NCBI GenBank assembly: GCA_001938485.1
Contig: MQRK01240841.1
Span: 1 to 64,000, forward strand
Length of the DNA stretch: 64,000 nucleotides
Direction of reading: 5' to 3'
DNA from: Girardia tigrina
Taxonomy: Eukaryota
Both the position numbers and the translations under genes were made by a program. This document shows, in pieces, positions 26,613-40,414 of this stretch (the stretch's first letter is position 1; each line of letters begins with the position of its first letter). Under the pieces are notes generated by a model that saw only the letters and a list, made by a program, of their open reading frames with translations, did not search any database and was not told the DNA's origin.

Positions 26613-29029
26613 ACGTTAAAATTTAAATATAATCTGGAGTGAAAACCTTGCACCTAACAAAATAGATATGCCATGTTTCGAGAATTCAGACAAATCATAG
26701 ACCATGCTTTTTAAAATCCCAACAAAAATGATTTTAATTTTTAATTTGATATAAAATGTTCAATTTCTTATGGATGTACAGATAGAAAATGTACTAATCC
26801 TAATTTTTTATGAAAAATAATAAATTGAATTTTGGATTTTCTAAAATATCTGGTTTAAAATTATTAAGAGAATGAAAGACGTTTCATGGCTAAAAACCTG
26901 ACAATAATCTTTTTAAATTGGTTTTTATTTAAAATTTATATAAATAATATCATATTACAAAATGGAAAAGAACTTTTATTTTTAAAATAAAATTTGACTA
27001 ATAATTCTTTTCGTTCTATTTTTCTCATTATTATTTTTTTCTAAAATTTGAAACTAATTAATTTAATAGATTATAATTAAATTATTTTCACTGACTGAAT
27101 TTTATTTGATGGATTCTCTGTGATTAATGTTAGAGAAAGAGGAAATTAAAACACCACAATTAGTAATTGTTAAACAACAAACTTTTTTGAAGAAAATGAC
27201 ATCAAATATGTTTTATAAAAAATTATATTGGAAAGAAATACATATTAAAACCAATTTAATTAAATTAATTTTGTAATAATTTTAAATTTGTTTTAATTAG
27301 AAACCAGACGACAATAACTAATGAAAAAAAATTAAATATATTTGAAGGAATTTTGAATAAATTTATATGTTTTTTTGAAAATTAAAAACAATCTTAAATC
27401 GTTTTCAAACAAGTAAAATTTTCTTTAACCGCTACATTTAAATATATAAATGTGAAACCCAAACAGATAAATTGTTATATATGTAACATTTTATTTTAAT
27501 GTGCGAAAAATAAATTTTTCTAAGCACTTTTTAATTACATTAGATCAATTTATTTATTTATTTATTTTTTACAGTAGGGCCATTGTTTTTACTGCATGGA
27601 AACTGAAACTATATATTTAAAATCTGCATATACCTGGTCGAAAAAATGTTCTGAAACAATTTTTGTTACAACCTGATCAAATTTATTATAAATTATAATT
27701 ATTGGTAATTATAATTACAAAAGGGTTAGTACCTTATGACTTAGTTTATAATTAATTATTCAATCAAAGAGTACTATTCCTCTAATAAATATAAATAAAA
27801 TATTATAGTTCTCGAACTAATATAACAAGAAAAGGTCGGAAGAAAAGAAATCTTAATAAACAGAAATGGAATAATATGGAAGGAAAAATAAACAAATGGA
27901 AATATCAAACGATTAATTGTTAGAACTTTGTAGAATAATAAGAATGAATATTGTTCTTCAGACAATATATTAATTGTTATCTTCTTTCGGAACGACCGAA
28001 TACTCCATAATAAAGAAATAAAGAACTTTTTCGTAAAAATTTATTTCAATCAACAATTTTATACTCTTTTTGAATTGTCACCAAACTCTGAATATTAAAA
28101 CAATTTCTTTATTTTAATATGATTCAGTTATTTTNNNNNNNNNNNNNNNNNNNNNNNNNNNNNNNNNNNNNNNNNNNNNNNNNNNNNNNNNNNNNNNNNN
28201 NNNNNNNNNNNNNNNNNNNNNNNTTAATTATTATGATGAAATTTTCTTAAAGAATTTTACATTATTATTCATTTAAATCAATTTAATTAATTTAATTTAA
28301 ATTCCATGCGGAATCAACTAAATTAATTTAAATTAAATTAATTATCGATCAAAAATTTTAGCTTCTAATTTAATCCCTAACATTAATAATGTAATCCAAT
28401 TAGGTGAGATTAATTGAGGTCGAGGCCCTTGATTAAAAAATTTTGAACTTTGATTAAATAGATTATTTTTTACTGTCAGATTGGGGAAACAAATCGAGAT
28501 TTGTTTTGCGAATTTAAGCAATTTAATTAGTTTTTTTTTTAAAATCAATATTAATTAAAAATATTAAATGTTTATAAATAAAAATATATTAATTGATAAT
28601 ATAAATATATTATATGATAATAAATATGATTATATCAAGGGGTTGTACAATAAGTGGTCCTTACAGTGATATTTGATGAACAAAATCTTTCTTTTGATTA
28701 ATCTTTTTGGCTTTTATTGTATAATTAAATTATTATCATTTCACCAGTATGGTAAGGAAAACTTGTTTACGGTTTGTTCCACGGTACTTTGCCACAGAAA
28801 TGTTTGACAGAAATATATCTCGGGTTGTAAAGCGACAGACTTTGTGGAAAAATATTACTTCTCTTTTGACATTGACAGCTATGTTTTTTTTCGTATAAGA
28901 TTTGTTTTTTCTTCAACTTAAATCTTACACATTTTTCTAACTACAGTGTGCCCAATGGAAAACTAAAGGATTTTATGAAAGGAAAGTGCATTTAATTAAA
29001 CACATGATAAATGCAAACAATTATATTTA

Positions 29030-29490
29030 CATAAATAGTTGCTTGCTGTTTAGAGGTGTTCAAAATGTCTTCCAACATTGTGTCAAATCTTTTGAAGACC
29101 TTGAATCAACGAAGCTGTGACCTTGAGAATGACTTCCATGTCGATGTTATGTCATGCGAATAGTAAAGCACTTTTAAGTTCATCAACCGTGACAATATCG
29201 TTGCGTACAACTTGCAAATTTTTTAGAAGAATTTCCGAGACACTATGGTTCATAACCTTTAGGTCGGAACTGTTCTATGGCAACTCAGAAGGCCTGATGA
29301 TTTGAGATGTGTTCTTCTCTAACCAATTAACTGTAGCCGTAGCAGTTTGAGGTTTTGCCCCGTCTTAATTAAATAAATAAAATCCTTTGGGTTTATTTTT
29401 GTAATTATAAATTTATTTGCCTTTATCACGTGTTTAATTAATTACACTTTTGTTTCATAAAATCATTTGGTTTTCTACTGGGTGCCCTGT
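29030..29490 (-). mobile_element. Degenerate maT/mariner-like transposase remnant
   Basis: DGAKPQTATATVNWLEKN...NSSDLKVMNHSV motif on the minus strand. ...GGTGCCCTG followed by TA is TIR-like. Confidence 0.5.
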
Positions 29491-30189
29491 ACATTATGTT
29501 AACAACGTAGCTGTTGACTATTTATATAATATTTATATTATGAATACGAGCATCATAAGTTCTTATGGAGTAAATAATAGTATTTAAAAAAACTTATGTG
29601 ATGGCTAAACAATGTTTCGAATAAAATAGGAAACTTTAAAATTCTCTTTCTAGGTTAGTAGTTAAATTAATGAAAAAACATTAAAACTCCCGTTTTAAGG
29701 AAAAGCAATTTGAGATGAAATTTAAAAGAAACTCATTGAAAAGTAATACAAAAAAACTAATGACCAGTATTTATCTTTTTTAGAAATATATTTTTGTAAT
29801 AAAAACAATGAGATATTTATATGTAAAACAGAAGAGCGATTGTGATGTTTAATTATGTTTATCATTTATTTATAGGTTATTATTAATTTGTTTAATGTAG
29901 TTCTTTTGTAAATGTATCACCCAGGGATTCGATCTTCGTTAAGCATTCGTTTCATATGCGCATTATATATTTTTTAAAAATAATAAATAAATTATCGTAG
30001 CAAAAATATAAAATAACAGTTATTTGAAAGCCTATGTTTTCGATAATAACCTAATTAAGGATTACTTTCGAAAAAGCGTTCTAATTGCTAGGTTGATGAA
30101 AACATTCATGCACCATGTTAAAAGAGAATTTTTTAAATAATTCTGTGTATGCATTCATTCATTTTGTACTAAATTGGACCTTGAACAAC

Positions 30190-31290
30190 TTAACAACAAC
30201 CTTTCGATGATTTACCATCTGACTATCCAGAATACATAAATCAATGGTGCTAAAGAAACGAGCTCCAATAAGTTAATCTAGCATTTCCTCGATGTTAGAC
30301 ATCGGATAAACTTGTCTTTTGATCACTTTATTTAATTGCCTAAAATCCAAAGAAAGTCTAATTTCCTGTTTGTCTTTTTTTCACATACAAACCATAGGTG
30401 TGTTCCAGGATGAATTGCATCGTTTTATTATGTTGTTGTCTTCCAGATTTTTCATCAATTCCTCAATTTTATTTTCTAAATTTGCTGGTTGTCTTCTTGG
30501 TTTCAATAAAATGGGATCACCCTTTGTAACAATTGAATTTTTCAAAAGTTTTTTGCAACCCACATCCCATTTATATGCTATAAATATACCAATTTCTGCT
30601 AACATATCTCTCTTTCTGACAGCTCCAACAAACAACTGAGTTTCTCGAATGTTTATTGTTTGCATGATTCCATTTTGTTCTTTCCATAAGTAGTTTTACT
30701 AACCGTGAATTTGAAAATTGTTGGTGCTTTTGTACGATTTTGGCAAACATTTCTTTTCGATTGACTGCTGATATTTGAATTGATTCTTCTTCTCTTTCAA
30801 TACTGTCAATCTTCCGAATAACTTATTTGATCTGATCCACGTTATTGGTATCTCGTAAACGTAATTCCCTTTTGATAGTGCTATTCTTAATACAATATAC
30901 CAAAAAATACGCCATTAATTCTTTGTCATCCCATTTAATTTGACATTAATTATTTTAAACTATTTTTCCAATTTTATCGAAGTACAAATTTGCTCCATCC
31001 GAACCTTTTTCGTATGAATATAAATTCATAAAATCTTGTATTAACGATGAAGGTTTTGAAAATGCCATTCTGAGTCTTTCCTCGAACTCCACGATATTTG
31101 GGTCCACTTGTTCATAGACTGCAATTAAATCTCTGGAATGAAATGCCTTAACCATAATTCCTTTTAGATTTGGGTCGGTGCCAGGTACTTCGAAAAATCT
31201 TCTACATTCTTCAATAAATTCTTCTAAGTTATTTTCTTCGTTGTAAGTTTCGGTAACCAGATTCTTCCAATAACTGAACGTGGTCGCCAT
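30190..31290 (-). mobile_element. Gypsy element remnant: PBS, gag and 5' part of RT, internally deleted
   Basis: gag ETYNEENNLEEFIEECRRFF. RT NIIKRCNSSWNTPMVC...IRLSLDFRQLNK...YPMSNIEEMLD...FFSTIDL. TGGCGACCACG at 31279-31289. Confidence 0.85.
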
Positions 31291-32499
31291 TTTAGTCGAT
31301 ATCTAAATGAAATTAACAATACGAATTCAAACTTGTTACCAGAAATTTATTCGGATTAAAAGAAAACATAAAACATGCGAGAATTAATTACGAAATAATT
31401 GGAACCATATTTATTAAATTTTAAATAAATTAATAAAGATTTGAATGAAAATTCTAAACAATAATTTGATAATAATAATTTTTAATACTTATATTCTGCC
31501 TAACAATTACTATGAGGTAAGCAATGGATTTGTCACATTCAAAGTACCATAATGCAGATAATTTATGATACTCCAATGCATATTTACCTATGTTAGATAT
31601 TTCTAATCGAAAATCAATTACCTCGTAGCAAATAGAAATGCGGATGAAAATGCTTTTACAAAACCAGTATTGTAAGAGCATTGACACAATTACTATCAAA
31701 ATAATTATTAACATCAAATTTACAGTCATCAGAACTCTCGGAAGGTTTTTCATCATTTAACGTCATTCTTATTGGTTTTTACTTTTCTTTTTCGTAAAGA
31801 TTATTCGAACATCGTTTTATTAATCTTTCTTAAATATTCTTAAAAATTAAAAACTCTACATAAATTTATATTTTAATTGATTAATAAAATATTTTATCAA
31901 TTGATAAAAAGTATTTTAAATTTCAATTTATTAAAATTTTAGAGGCACAAATATATTATAAAAAATCTTCTTTAAAATTTAAGAAATTATAAAAATGTCT
32001 TTTAAGTAAATATCTTAAATTCCATTTTTAGGAAATATCAATTTGAATATTTTTTTGTAAAAAAATAGTTTTATAATAAAATTAATAAAAAATTGTGTAT
32101 TGAATGGCTCTACGACACAACACTCAACGTATAACTACTCAAGTGTATTTATTTTGCTAATTGTAATTTTTATGCAATAATTATATTCTTTTATGTATTA
32201 TAAAAATTTATATTTTTATCCATTCATCAGTACTCTGTTAATATTTAATGTCTATAAAAATTGGTCACTTCATCGATATCTTCTATTTTATCATTTTGCG
32301 AAACAAATGGAAAATAATGATATAGAATAGTTTACATATAAATTATTTATTCTTGTGAAATATAATTTGTTGAAATGTAGAATAACATATCGTTACCATT
32401 TTACAATTACATTTATGTATCTTGTAAATTAATATATAAATAAATTAGGACAAATAAACGACTAAAACAAAACCATTATTTCCAATATTAATTCACGCA

Positions 32500-32740
32500 T
32501 TTATTTATCTAAATATATGAAAAACATAATCATTTTCATCTGCTTCCATGTTCCTCCAGGATTTTTCAAAGCTCATTAAAACATTACTACAAGTTTTAAC
32601 ATTGATCATTGATATTTCAGCAAAGAAGTATGGAGGTATAATGTGTCCTTCTTTGCTGACAACATCTAGTACCATAATATAGATGATAACTTTGATGTGC
32701 ATGATGATGAGAATCCTTTCTTGGTTTCTGCATGTCAGGT
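32500..32740 (-). mobile_element. maT/mariner transposase fragment
   Basis: IMVLDVVSKEGHIIPPYFF...INVKT...YVF resembles the DD37D catalytic region. Confidence 0.5.
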
Positions 32741-32944
32741 TGTAGTGACCACAGTTTTACCCATTAAAATTTTTGAAGCAGTAAAGATACATTATGCAAA
32801 ATTAAACAATTAAAATAAAGAAATAAAAAAATTAACTTTACCTTAAACTTTATAATCGGTTATTCTTAACATCGCAAAATCAAAATTAATTGATCACAAA
32901 AATTGATTAAAATATATTAAAAAACAAAAAACTTTTCGTCAAAA

Positions 32945-33118
32945 TATATTGTGATAATTTCGACGGATCAACCGTCATCATCAGACTGAATTAACAATGA
33001 TATACTCGCGTTTATATATCAAAGCAATATTTATGTAATCATTATGTCATTTAAATCATGAAAATACTTTCAATAAAGTTGAAGAGGATGGTGTTTGGAC
33101 ATTGATTTTAGGATCAAA
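32945..33118 (-). mobile_element. Penelope-like pLTR with hammerhead ribozyme (32951-32986)
   Basis: Minus strand DPKINVQTPSSSTLLKVF, then GU-CUGAUGA-U-GACGG(UUGAU)CCGUC-GAAAUUAUC-AC. Confidence 0.75.
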
Positions 33119-33232
33119 AGTTTAAAGATCAAAAGTTGTTTTTTGAAAAATTCCTTGTCGTCATTTTTTAAATATTTATATAAAATATATTAATCATTTT
33201 CTTATAGAAAATGGTCAATAGTAACAAAATTA

Positions 33233-33447
33233 CCGTATTTTCCGGTATATAACGCGCACCTATTGTATAACTCGCAGCTCTTAATTTTTGGCATCCCTTT
33301 TTATGTATAGATAACGCATAGCAGGCATGGTGATATACCTAAGATATATACATCGTTATCCATAGTACAGGATTCACAGTTCAAATTTTGACAAAATTTT
33401 ACATTTTTGTATAGATAACGGTGCGCGTTATCTACCAGAAAATACGG
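33233..33447. mobile_element. MITE (pogo/Tc2-like), 215 bp
   Basis: TIRs CCGTATTTTCCGGTATATAACGCGCACC / GGTGCGCGTTATCTACCAGAAAATACGG, flanked by TA on both sides. Confidence 0.8.
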
Positions 33448-34173
33448 TACTAAAAACTAATTTTGTTTGAATAATCAAATTTCTAACGTGGAAATTAAAA
33501 ATGGTGGTTTATAATGAAATACTGAAAATAATACAATAAATTTTATTTCTTAATCGCCTTTCGAGTTGAATTCGTTCAATTTAAAAAATTAAAAACCGAA
33601 CCAGTCAATGCTTCAAAAGTATGTAAAAAAGTATCAATTACCGTTTCGTCAAAAGTTTTCGACCTTCCGAGCATTTATGACCACTATGCAGGTGATGGTT
33701 TTTTCTATTCACCTTTTGAACCTTTTCAAAAATGTTCTCATCGGAGAAGAATTTTGACATTTTTGTGTCCAAGTCTCATCACTCTTTCTTATTGATTCCT
33801 AGGATGTGAGCTGTTCTTAAAAAATATGACTTCATTTTCTCCCAAAAATATGATTTTGTGAATCACACCCATTTGTTGGTCATATAATGCATTAATGTGC
33901 CGGTGTAAGTGTTTGAGAAATGAATAAAGTTGAGGCATAAAAAAGTTTCCTTAATTTCATTATACCTCTTATTTATTCGGTAAACAAAGCTCTTTCAAAG
34001 CTTCCAAATCAAAATCAAGTGTACATACACAAAAGCGTCAAGCTATTTATTTTTCATGTTTATACTTTATGACTCTAAAGATATTTTAGACATTATACAA
34101 GTAAATATTAATGTACAAAGTTCATTAGTTTCCCTGTAATATAGTTTGAGCTAATTTATCGGTGCCAGCCTAA

Positions 34174-36042
34174 AAGAGAAGGCAAAATGGACATTCTGTC
34201 CCACCCCAATGGGAGGGTTTACCAGTTGCCATGGAAACGGTTACCATAGCAACGGTCGTGGTTAACATGGCAACGGTTCCGGTCACCTTAGCAACGGTTC
34301 CCATCACCCTAGCAACGGTTCCCATCACCCTAGCAACTGTTCTGACCACCCTTGCAACGGTTTCGTTCACCCTGGCACCGGTAACCAAGGGACGTTTTTC
34401 ATTAGCAACGGATGCAGTGATTCAAGGTGCTTGTAATCATGATAACGGTTACCGTATCCATAGCAACCGTGACCCTTTCTTTAGCAACCGAAGAAAAAAG
34501 TGCTAATCGATCGCTGCAGTGCCCAGATGTGTTTATCGATATTTTTAAAGTGCTAATCGATAGTACACATTGTGCCGCACATTTCTAATGTACAGTGCTT
34601 TTAATGTTGCACATGTGCAAAAGTGCAAAAATCAATACATTAAATTTTTTAAAAGTACTAGTGTCAAAAATCGATATCATGTGCTTGATGCACATTTCGT
34701 TTTTAATGTATCACTTGTAATAAATAGACACAAGGCGGGACTTTGAATTGTTAATTCTCTAAATATAGTCGAATTTTGTACAAAATAATGTAAATTATGT
34801 TTTATACTTTGCTGGCTAGACTAGGCTATGGACATTCCACCTCACTTTACTCTATAATACACAACATATCAATAATCGATTAGTTTACGTATCTTCAAAA
34901 ATCTAAGATCCTATTCCGACTATTAATCTATGGGTTTCTATACATGTGTTCAGACAGATTTTCGATATCTTACTTCCTTCGACCTCTGCCTAGCTCTTTT
35001 ATATAAAAAGCATAAATATAGTACACTTTGCACAATTGTGAACTTATTGATTTTGCACACTTGCACATGTGAAGTATTGTTTAACACATGTTCATTATTG
35101 ATTAGCACATGTGCAGTATTGATTAGCGAGTTTATACGAATGTAGTATTGAATTTTGCACTTTTTTCTGTAATTTTGGTGGTTTTACATGTTTTCAATGA
35201 TCTTTAAGGTGTTTTTCATGGTTTTAAAGGTAACGGTGATGGTTTCTAAGGTGTTTTCGATTGTTTTATATATAGTATTAAAAGGTTATGTATCATGGTT
35301 ACGGTAACCAAGGTACGTGTGATTGTTAGTGAGGTACATTAAATGATATGGAATCTGAATGTACGTATATAGGTTACTATTCAAAAGCATTAGCACTTTT
35401 TGAAATTCTGCTTTCTTCTGTCTCTAAAATCGATGTGCATTTTGTGTAAATATACACATTATGTTAATTATAGGAAAAAGTAATCAATATTTGAAAATTC
35501 TAATTGCACATTCAGATAAAAAATCAAAATGTGCATCAAACACATGATATCGATTTTTGACACTAGTACTTTTAAAAAATTTTATGTATTGATTTTTGTA
35601 CTTTTGCACATGGGCAACTTAAAAAAGCACTGTGCTAATACATTATAAATGTGCGGCACACTGTGCACTATCGATTAGCATTTTAAAAATATCGATAAGT
35701 ACATCTGGGCACAGTGCAGTGATCGATTAGCACTTTTTTCTACGGTTGCTAGGGAAAGGATTAGGTTGCTATGAATACAGTAACCGTTAACATGGTTACA
35801 ACCACCTTGAATCACTGTATCCGTTGCTAATGAAAAACGTTCCTTGGTTACCGTTGCTATGCTAATTAAGACCTTGGTTACCGTTACCCAGGGAACCGGA
35901 ACCGTTGCTACCTAGGCTAGGGTAATCGGAACCGTGCTAGAGTGATCATAAACCGTTGCTATGGTAACCGGAACCGTTGCCATGGCAACGGGTAACCCTC
36001 CCGGGGGGTCTTTTGTGGCAGAATGCCCATTTTCCCCCTACT
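34174..36042. mobile_element. Complete non-autonomous long-TIR element (Polinton/Maverick-like)
   Basis: ~520-bp imperfect TIRs (34174-~34697 / ~35527-36042) with 21-bp subterminal tandem repeats. Direct flanking duplication GCCTAA(A) at 34168 and 36043. AG...CT type termini. No real ORF. Confidence 0.75.
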
Positions 36043-36879
36043 GCCTAAACATTCATACTGAAAAAGAATGGTTGGTTTAAGTAGTTTTTACCCCAATTTA
36101 TCTGGGTCAACTTATTTATTTATATTTTTTAATTATTTATGTTGGGTTGCTCTAACAAGGAATGCAGATTTTTTTCTATTCTTTTTAAAAATATTATCTG
36201 CATACTTTATTATTTTTATATGAATTATTTTTAAGACAGCTTGATTTATCTCGATTTCAAAACAATAAAAATAAAAACAATTCATGCAAAAAAAGAAAAT
36301 TAGATGTTTAATTTATAAAAATATTTAATTAAAATTAAAATATTAAAAAGATATTAATTAAAATTAATTTTAAACACTTTTATTTAAAACAAAATAAAAT
36401 GAGAACAAATAAAATAGAAAGTATTTCTAATTCAATTTTTAAACAATTAAATTAAATTAATGAAACAAAATATTCCATTTTAATTTACATTTTAATTAGA
36501 TTTAGATTCAGAAATTTGAAAAATATTCAAATAATAAAAATTTATTTTTCTTTATATATATTTAAACATAAATAAATTAATTTTTGAATATTTTTTAGAG
36601 ATTTCAGAAAAAATATTAAAACATATTTTAAAAACAAGCCATAAAAAATTTTCCATGTAAATATATTTAATTATTTATAAATTTATTTCATTGAAAATAT
36701 TTTTTTAAATGGAATTTATAAACAAAAATATTTTATATTTTTTGGGGAAAAAAATATATTTTTTAATTAATATTTCCAAAAATTAAATAATAAATTGAGT
36801 TATAAAACAAGAAAAATTATTTATTTGTGTAGTGAATTTTTTCTAATTTAAATTAAATTTATATCCCATTGAAAATCGA

Positions 36880-37790
36880 TATGTTTTAAATTTGATGAAA
36901 GTGAAAAGAAATTTAAGGGACCTGATAAATCAAAACCATGATTTATAAAGTTCTTTATGAATTTCTTTATTATAAATAATTATATAGTTGGAGCTAGGTC
37001 TGGTGAGTATTTAGGATGATGCAGAAGTTCCAACTTGAGTTCTTGTAGTTTTGACACGGTCTTAAGTGCAGTATGTGGTATTGTATTGTCGTGGAGCAAG
37101 ATGGAAATCAACCTGTTTACCAAACGCGGCTGTTTTTCTTTGAGTTTCTGCATCACATCTTTCAATAGGTTGATGCAGACATCTGCTTTGGTTAGCGAAC
37201 AGGTTTCATGAAGTCATAATGGATTACACCTGCTGCAGACCACAAATCATTCACTATTAGTTTCTTTTGATAATTTTGTACTTTGGATAATGTTGTAGGG
37301 CTTTGTTCGTATCCACCCAGATTACTTAACATTTTAAATTATCATTTTAGATCAACTTTCATCACAAGTGACTGTAATCGCAATTTTAGCGACAAAGCAT
37401 CATCAAGGAGTACTTAAGCACTTTCATTTCTGATTTTCGTTCAACTCATGTGAAATCCTCTTCCCCAATTTGAGCCAAGTGATTCAATATTGTTTACTTT
37501 GTAACAGCAAATGTAAGCGATAAATCATGAGTTCTTTGTGATGAATCCACCTTCATGGTTACTTTCAGTTCATCATTGTCTACCCCTATTTTCGGGTGAT
37601 CCCGAGACTCATTAAGGTTAAAATTACCTTTTAGAAATTTCCTTTAAAAATTAAAGACTCTGTTGTTTATTAGCAGACTATACTATTGATTTTATATATA
37701 TTATATACTATTGATGTTTCTCATGCTTTCCACGTAAAAAAAATCGTACTTCATTATAGTTTGAATTCATGTCTTTTCCATTTTTTAAAA
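36880..37790 (-). mobile_element. Degenerate mariner (DD34D)
   Basis: LKEKQPRLVNRLISILLHDNTIPH...HPKYSPDLAPT. Upstream VTCDE-like motif. Confidence 0.8.
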
Positions 37791-38343
37791 TACTGATAAT
37801 TACAATTATTATTTTACAAAATCTCTTTTTGAAAGTTTGGTGTAATTGTAGCAAATAAGAAATCTATGAAAATACATATATCATTGCTTATTTTCTTTAT
37901 ATATCAATTTTTTTATTTTATTTTATTAAAAATCTTTCAGAAAAAAACATGAATTTTAGACTCCCTTTTGAGAAAAGAGTTGCAGTAATTTGAGAAATTT
38001 GAGATAAGTTGAGTCTGACTATCTCTTCATATTGAATTTTTGTAAGCCAAAGATAAATTATTTAGTTTAGAAATTGAAAGAAACTTGTCATCATTTAAAA
38101 CTCGATAGATAAGTCTGAATTTCAATAATAATCAATGGTTATAGGGAAAACTGGGAAAATAGTGGAAAATACACTCGGTGATTGCGTTTACCATTCTTCT
38201 TCAATAATGACTTGGTGGTAGATTTTACATTCCCAATAGTTTATTTAAGTTCAGTGAAGTTCTGACTTATAAATACAAAAGTATTCGCTTACAAACGTTG
38301 GACATACAATTCTCTATATTGACTGTGATTAGTTACTTAATTA

Positions 38344-39790
38344 CAGGGGCGTAGCCAACGCTAATCAATAGAGGGGGCTGCTGGAAATTTAGGGGGGACT
38401 CATTTTGGTATCATTTATTAAAATGTGACTCTTCTTAAGAAAGTACTCGATTACAATACTGATTAAGAATAATTGAAACAAAATTTGCTATTTAATTTTT
38501 TCAGTTTTTATGACAATATAACATAAAGTATGATAATTATAATTGTAATTTCCGGTTTTTGTTTGAGTTAAATCTTTGGAGCAATTTTTCCATATTGATA
38601 CATTTGGCTCGATTTAATTAAAAAGCTAGATATACCAAATCGAACAGACGAGCGTTATTATCGACCGTCTTTGAGGCCTGTTAATGCAAGTTAACACGGA
38701 ATAAGTCGATTCGCACGAGCTGTGTTGCATCCAAAGGCTGCTACACTGGCTAGCAATTTGTATTTTTCTTCAAATGCAACTCGCCGTTCATATATTGCCT
38801 GGAAGGATAAATACAAAACAAAAGATATCAATAGAAGCATTAAAAACTCAATTTTATCAAGAAAGGATCCAAATGAGCGTTTTTATCCAAATAGCTCTTA
38901 ACCACAACGAACTCTTCCCTTGAGGGTTGATTATTCCAAGGGAAACGAAAGGTTTTAATTTAAAGAAGTCCATATCATTTATTGATGATATCACCGTATG
39001 TAGTTCATCATTATCATGAAATCTGTGTTTAATCTCACTGTAAACAATGAATATCGTCCATAATACGCTGCTTGCAATGACTCAATGGTGTTTCTACTTG
39101 AATTGGGTGATGACATAATCTCTTAAACTTTTCATTTCAGTTTATTACCGCTTTACATTATTAAGAAATTATTCTTCATTTTCTGACAACAACAACTGAG
39201 ATTCTTGTTTGTATTATTTGAAAATTTTCTGTTTATCTGAGTTTAGATTTTGCAGCAAAGGTAGAGTTTATGATTTTCATGGTATCGTTAAGACCAATTT
39301 CTCAACGTTAGAGAATTTTGTCTGTGGATTCAACTAATCTCAATTTACATTTTATCTTGATTAAAACAATACGGAAATCGATATCGCTTAAAACTTTTAT
39401 CGATCCTTCAGTGAGAGCTACGTCATTTCCACCAACATTGGTTGATTGTATTTGTTTTAATGTTTGAAGAATTTCAGCATAATTGCTTAATATGATACTG
39501 GTAATTTTCAAATTGTCCTTGCCATCGATGCTCCAATAACCGTGGAACTTTATCACCTTAATAAAGTGCTGCAATTCTAGGATGTGAGAGGAATGCATGT
39601 AGCACATTGGTCGAAATATAGCTTCAAAATACTAACTCTGGAAGTAGCTTTTACTATCACCAGATGAAGCCGGTGATTGAAACAGTGAAAGTATGGTATT
39701 TTCCTTTGAAGTTTGACGTTTATCTTTGCTTGGAAGTCTCCAAATGATCCACTCATTATTCTAGCCCCATCGTACCATTGACTAAGCAGA
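38344..39790 (-). mobile_element. Degenerate hAT transposon (3' part)
   Basis: Terminus CAGGGGCGTAGCC with G-rich subterminal motifs. Minus strand SSCESTYSVLTCINRPQRRS-type dimerisation remnant. 39308-39607 fragment. Confidence 0.6.
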
Positions 39791-40414
39791 TTATGAGGAG
39801 ATAATTAATTTTTGGTTCGCTGATCCAAATTTAAATATATTTAAAAAAGATTATTTTGAATTAAAATCAAATTGAAAATTTAAAAAATTAAGTAGAATTA
39901 TTGACGTATTTTAGATTATAATTTAAAAACATTCTTTACAAATTTATTTTGAATTAAAATATTATTTTAATAGAAAAATTAGTTGATCAAAACAGATAAA
40001 AGATAAAACAGTATTTTTAAAAATAATTTAAATCTGATTAAAAAACTTTATTATTATTTGTAAAAATGTATTTTCAAATTTTAAATTAATTTAATGATAA
40101 GATTAAAACATTAAATATTTAAAAAATAAAAAATTGAATATTAAATATAACGTATTTTTAAAATTTCTAAAATAATAAAATCTTAAAAACGGTTTTTTAA
40201 AAAAAAACAGTGCAAAATTACAAAAACATCATATAAGATTTTAATTGAAATAATAATTATTGTATTACTGAATAATTATAATATGAAATAAAAAATAATC
40301 GATAAACATATGGAACAGGAATTTAAAAAAAATAATAATACTTTACTCACCGAACGACGGATAATTTTATGATAATAATTATAATTTGACAATCCCAGCC
40401 ATAAAAGCCATAAG

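Noticed and set aside
34225-34400. Possible CRISPR-like array
   Set aside because: Contiguous tandem 21-mers without unique spacers, eukaryotic context, no cas genes.
34717-34865. Possible solo LTR (TG...CA) nested in the long-TIR element
   Set aside because: No TSD and no second copy in the window.
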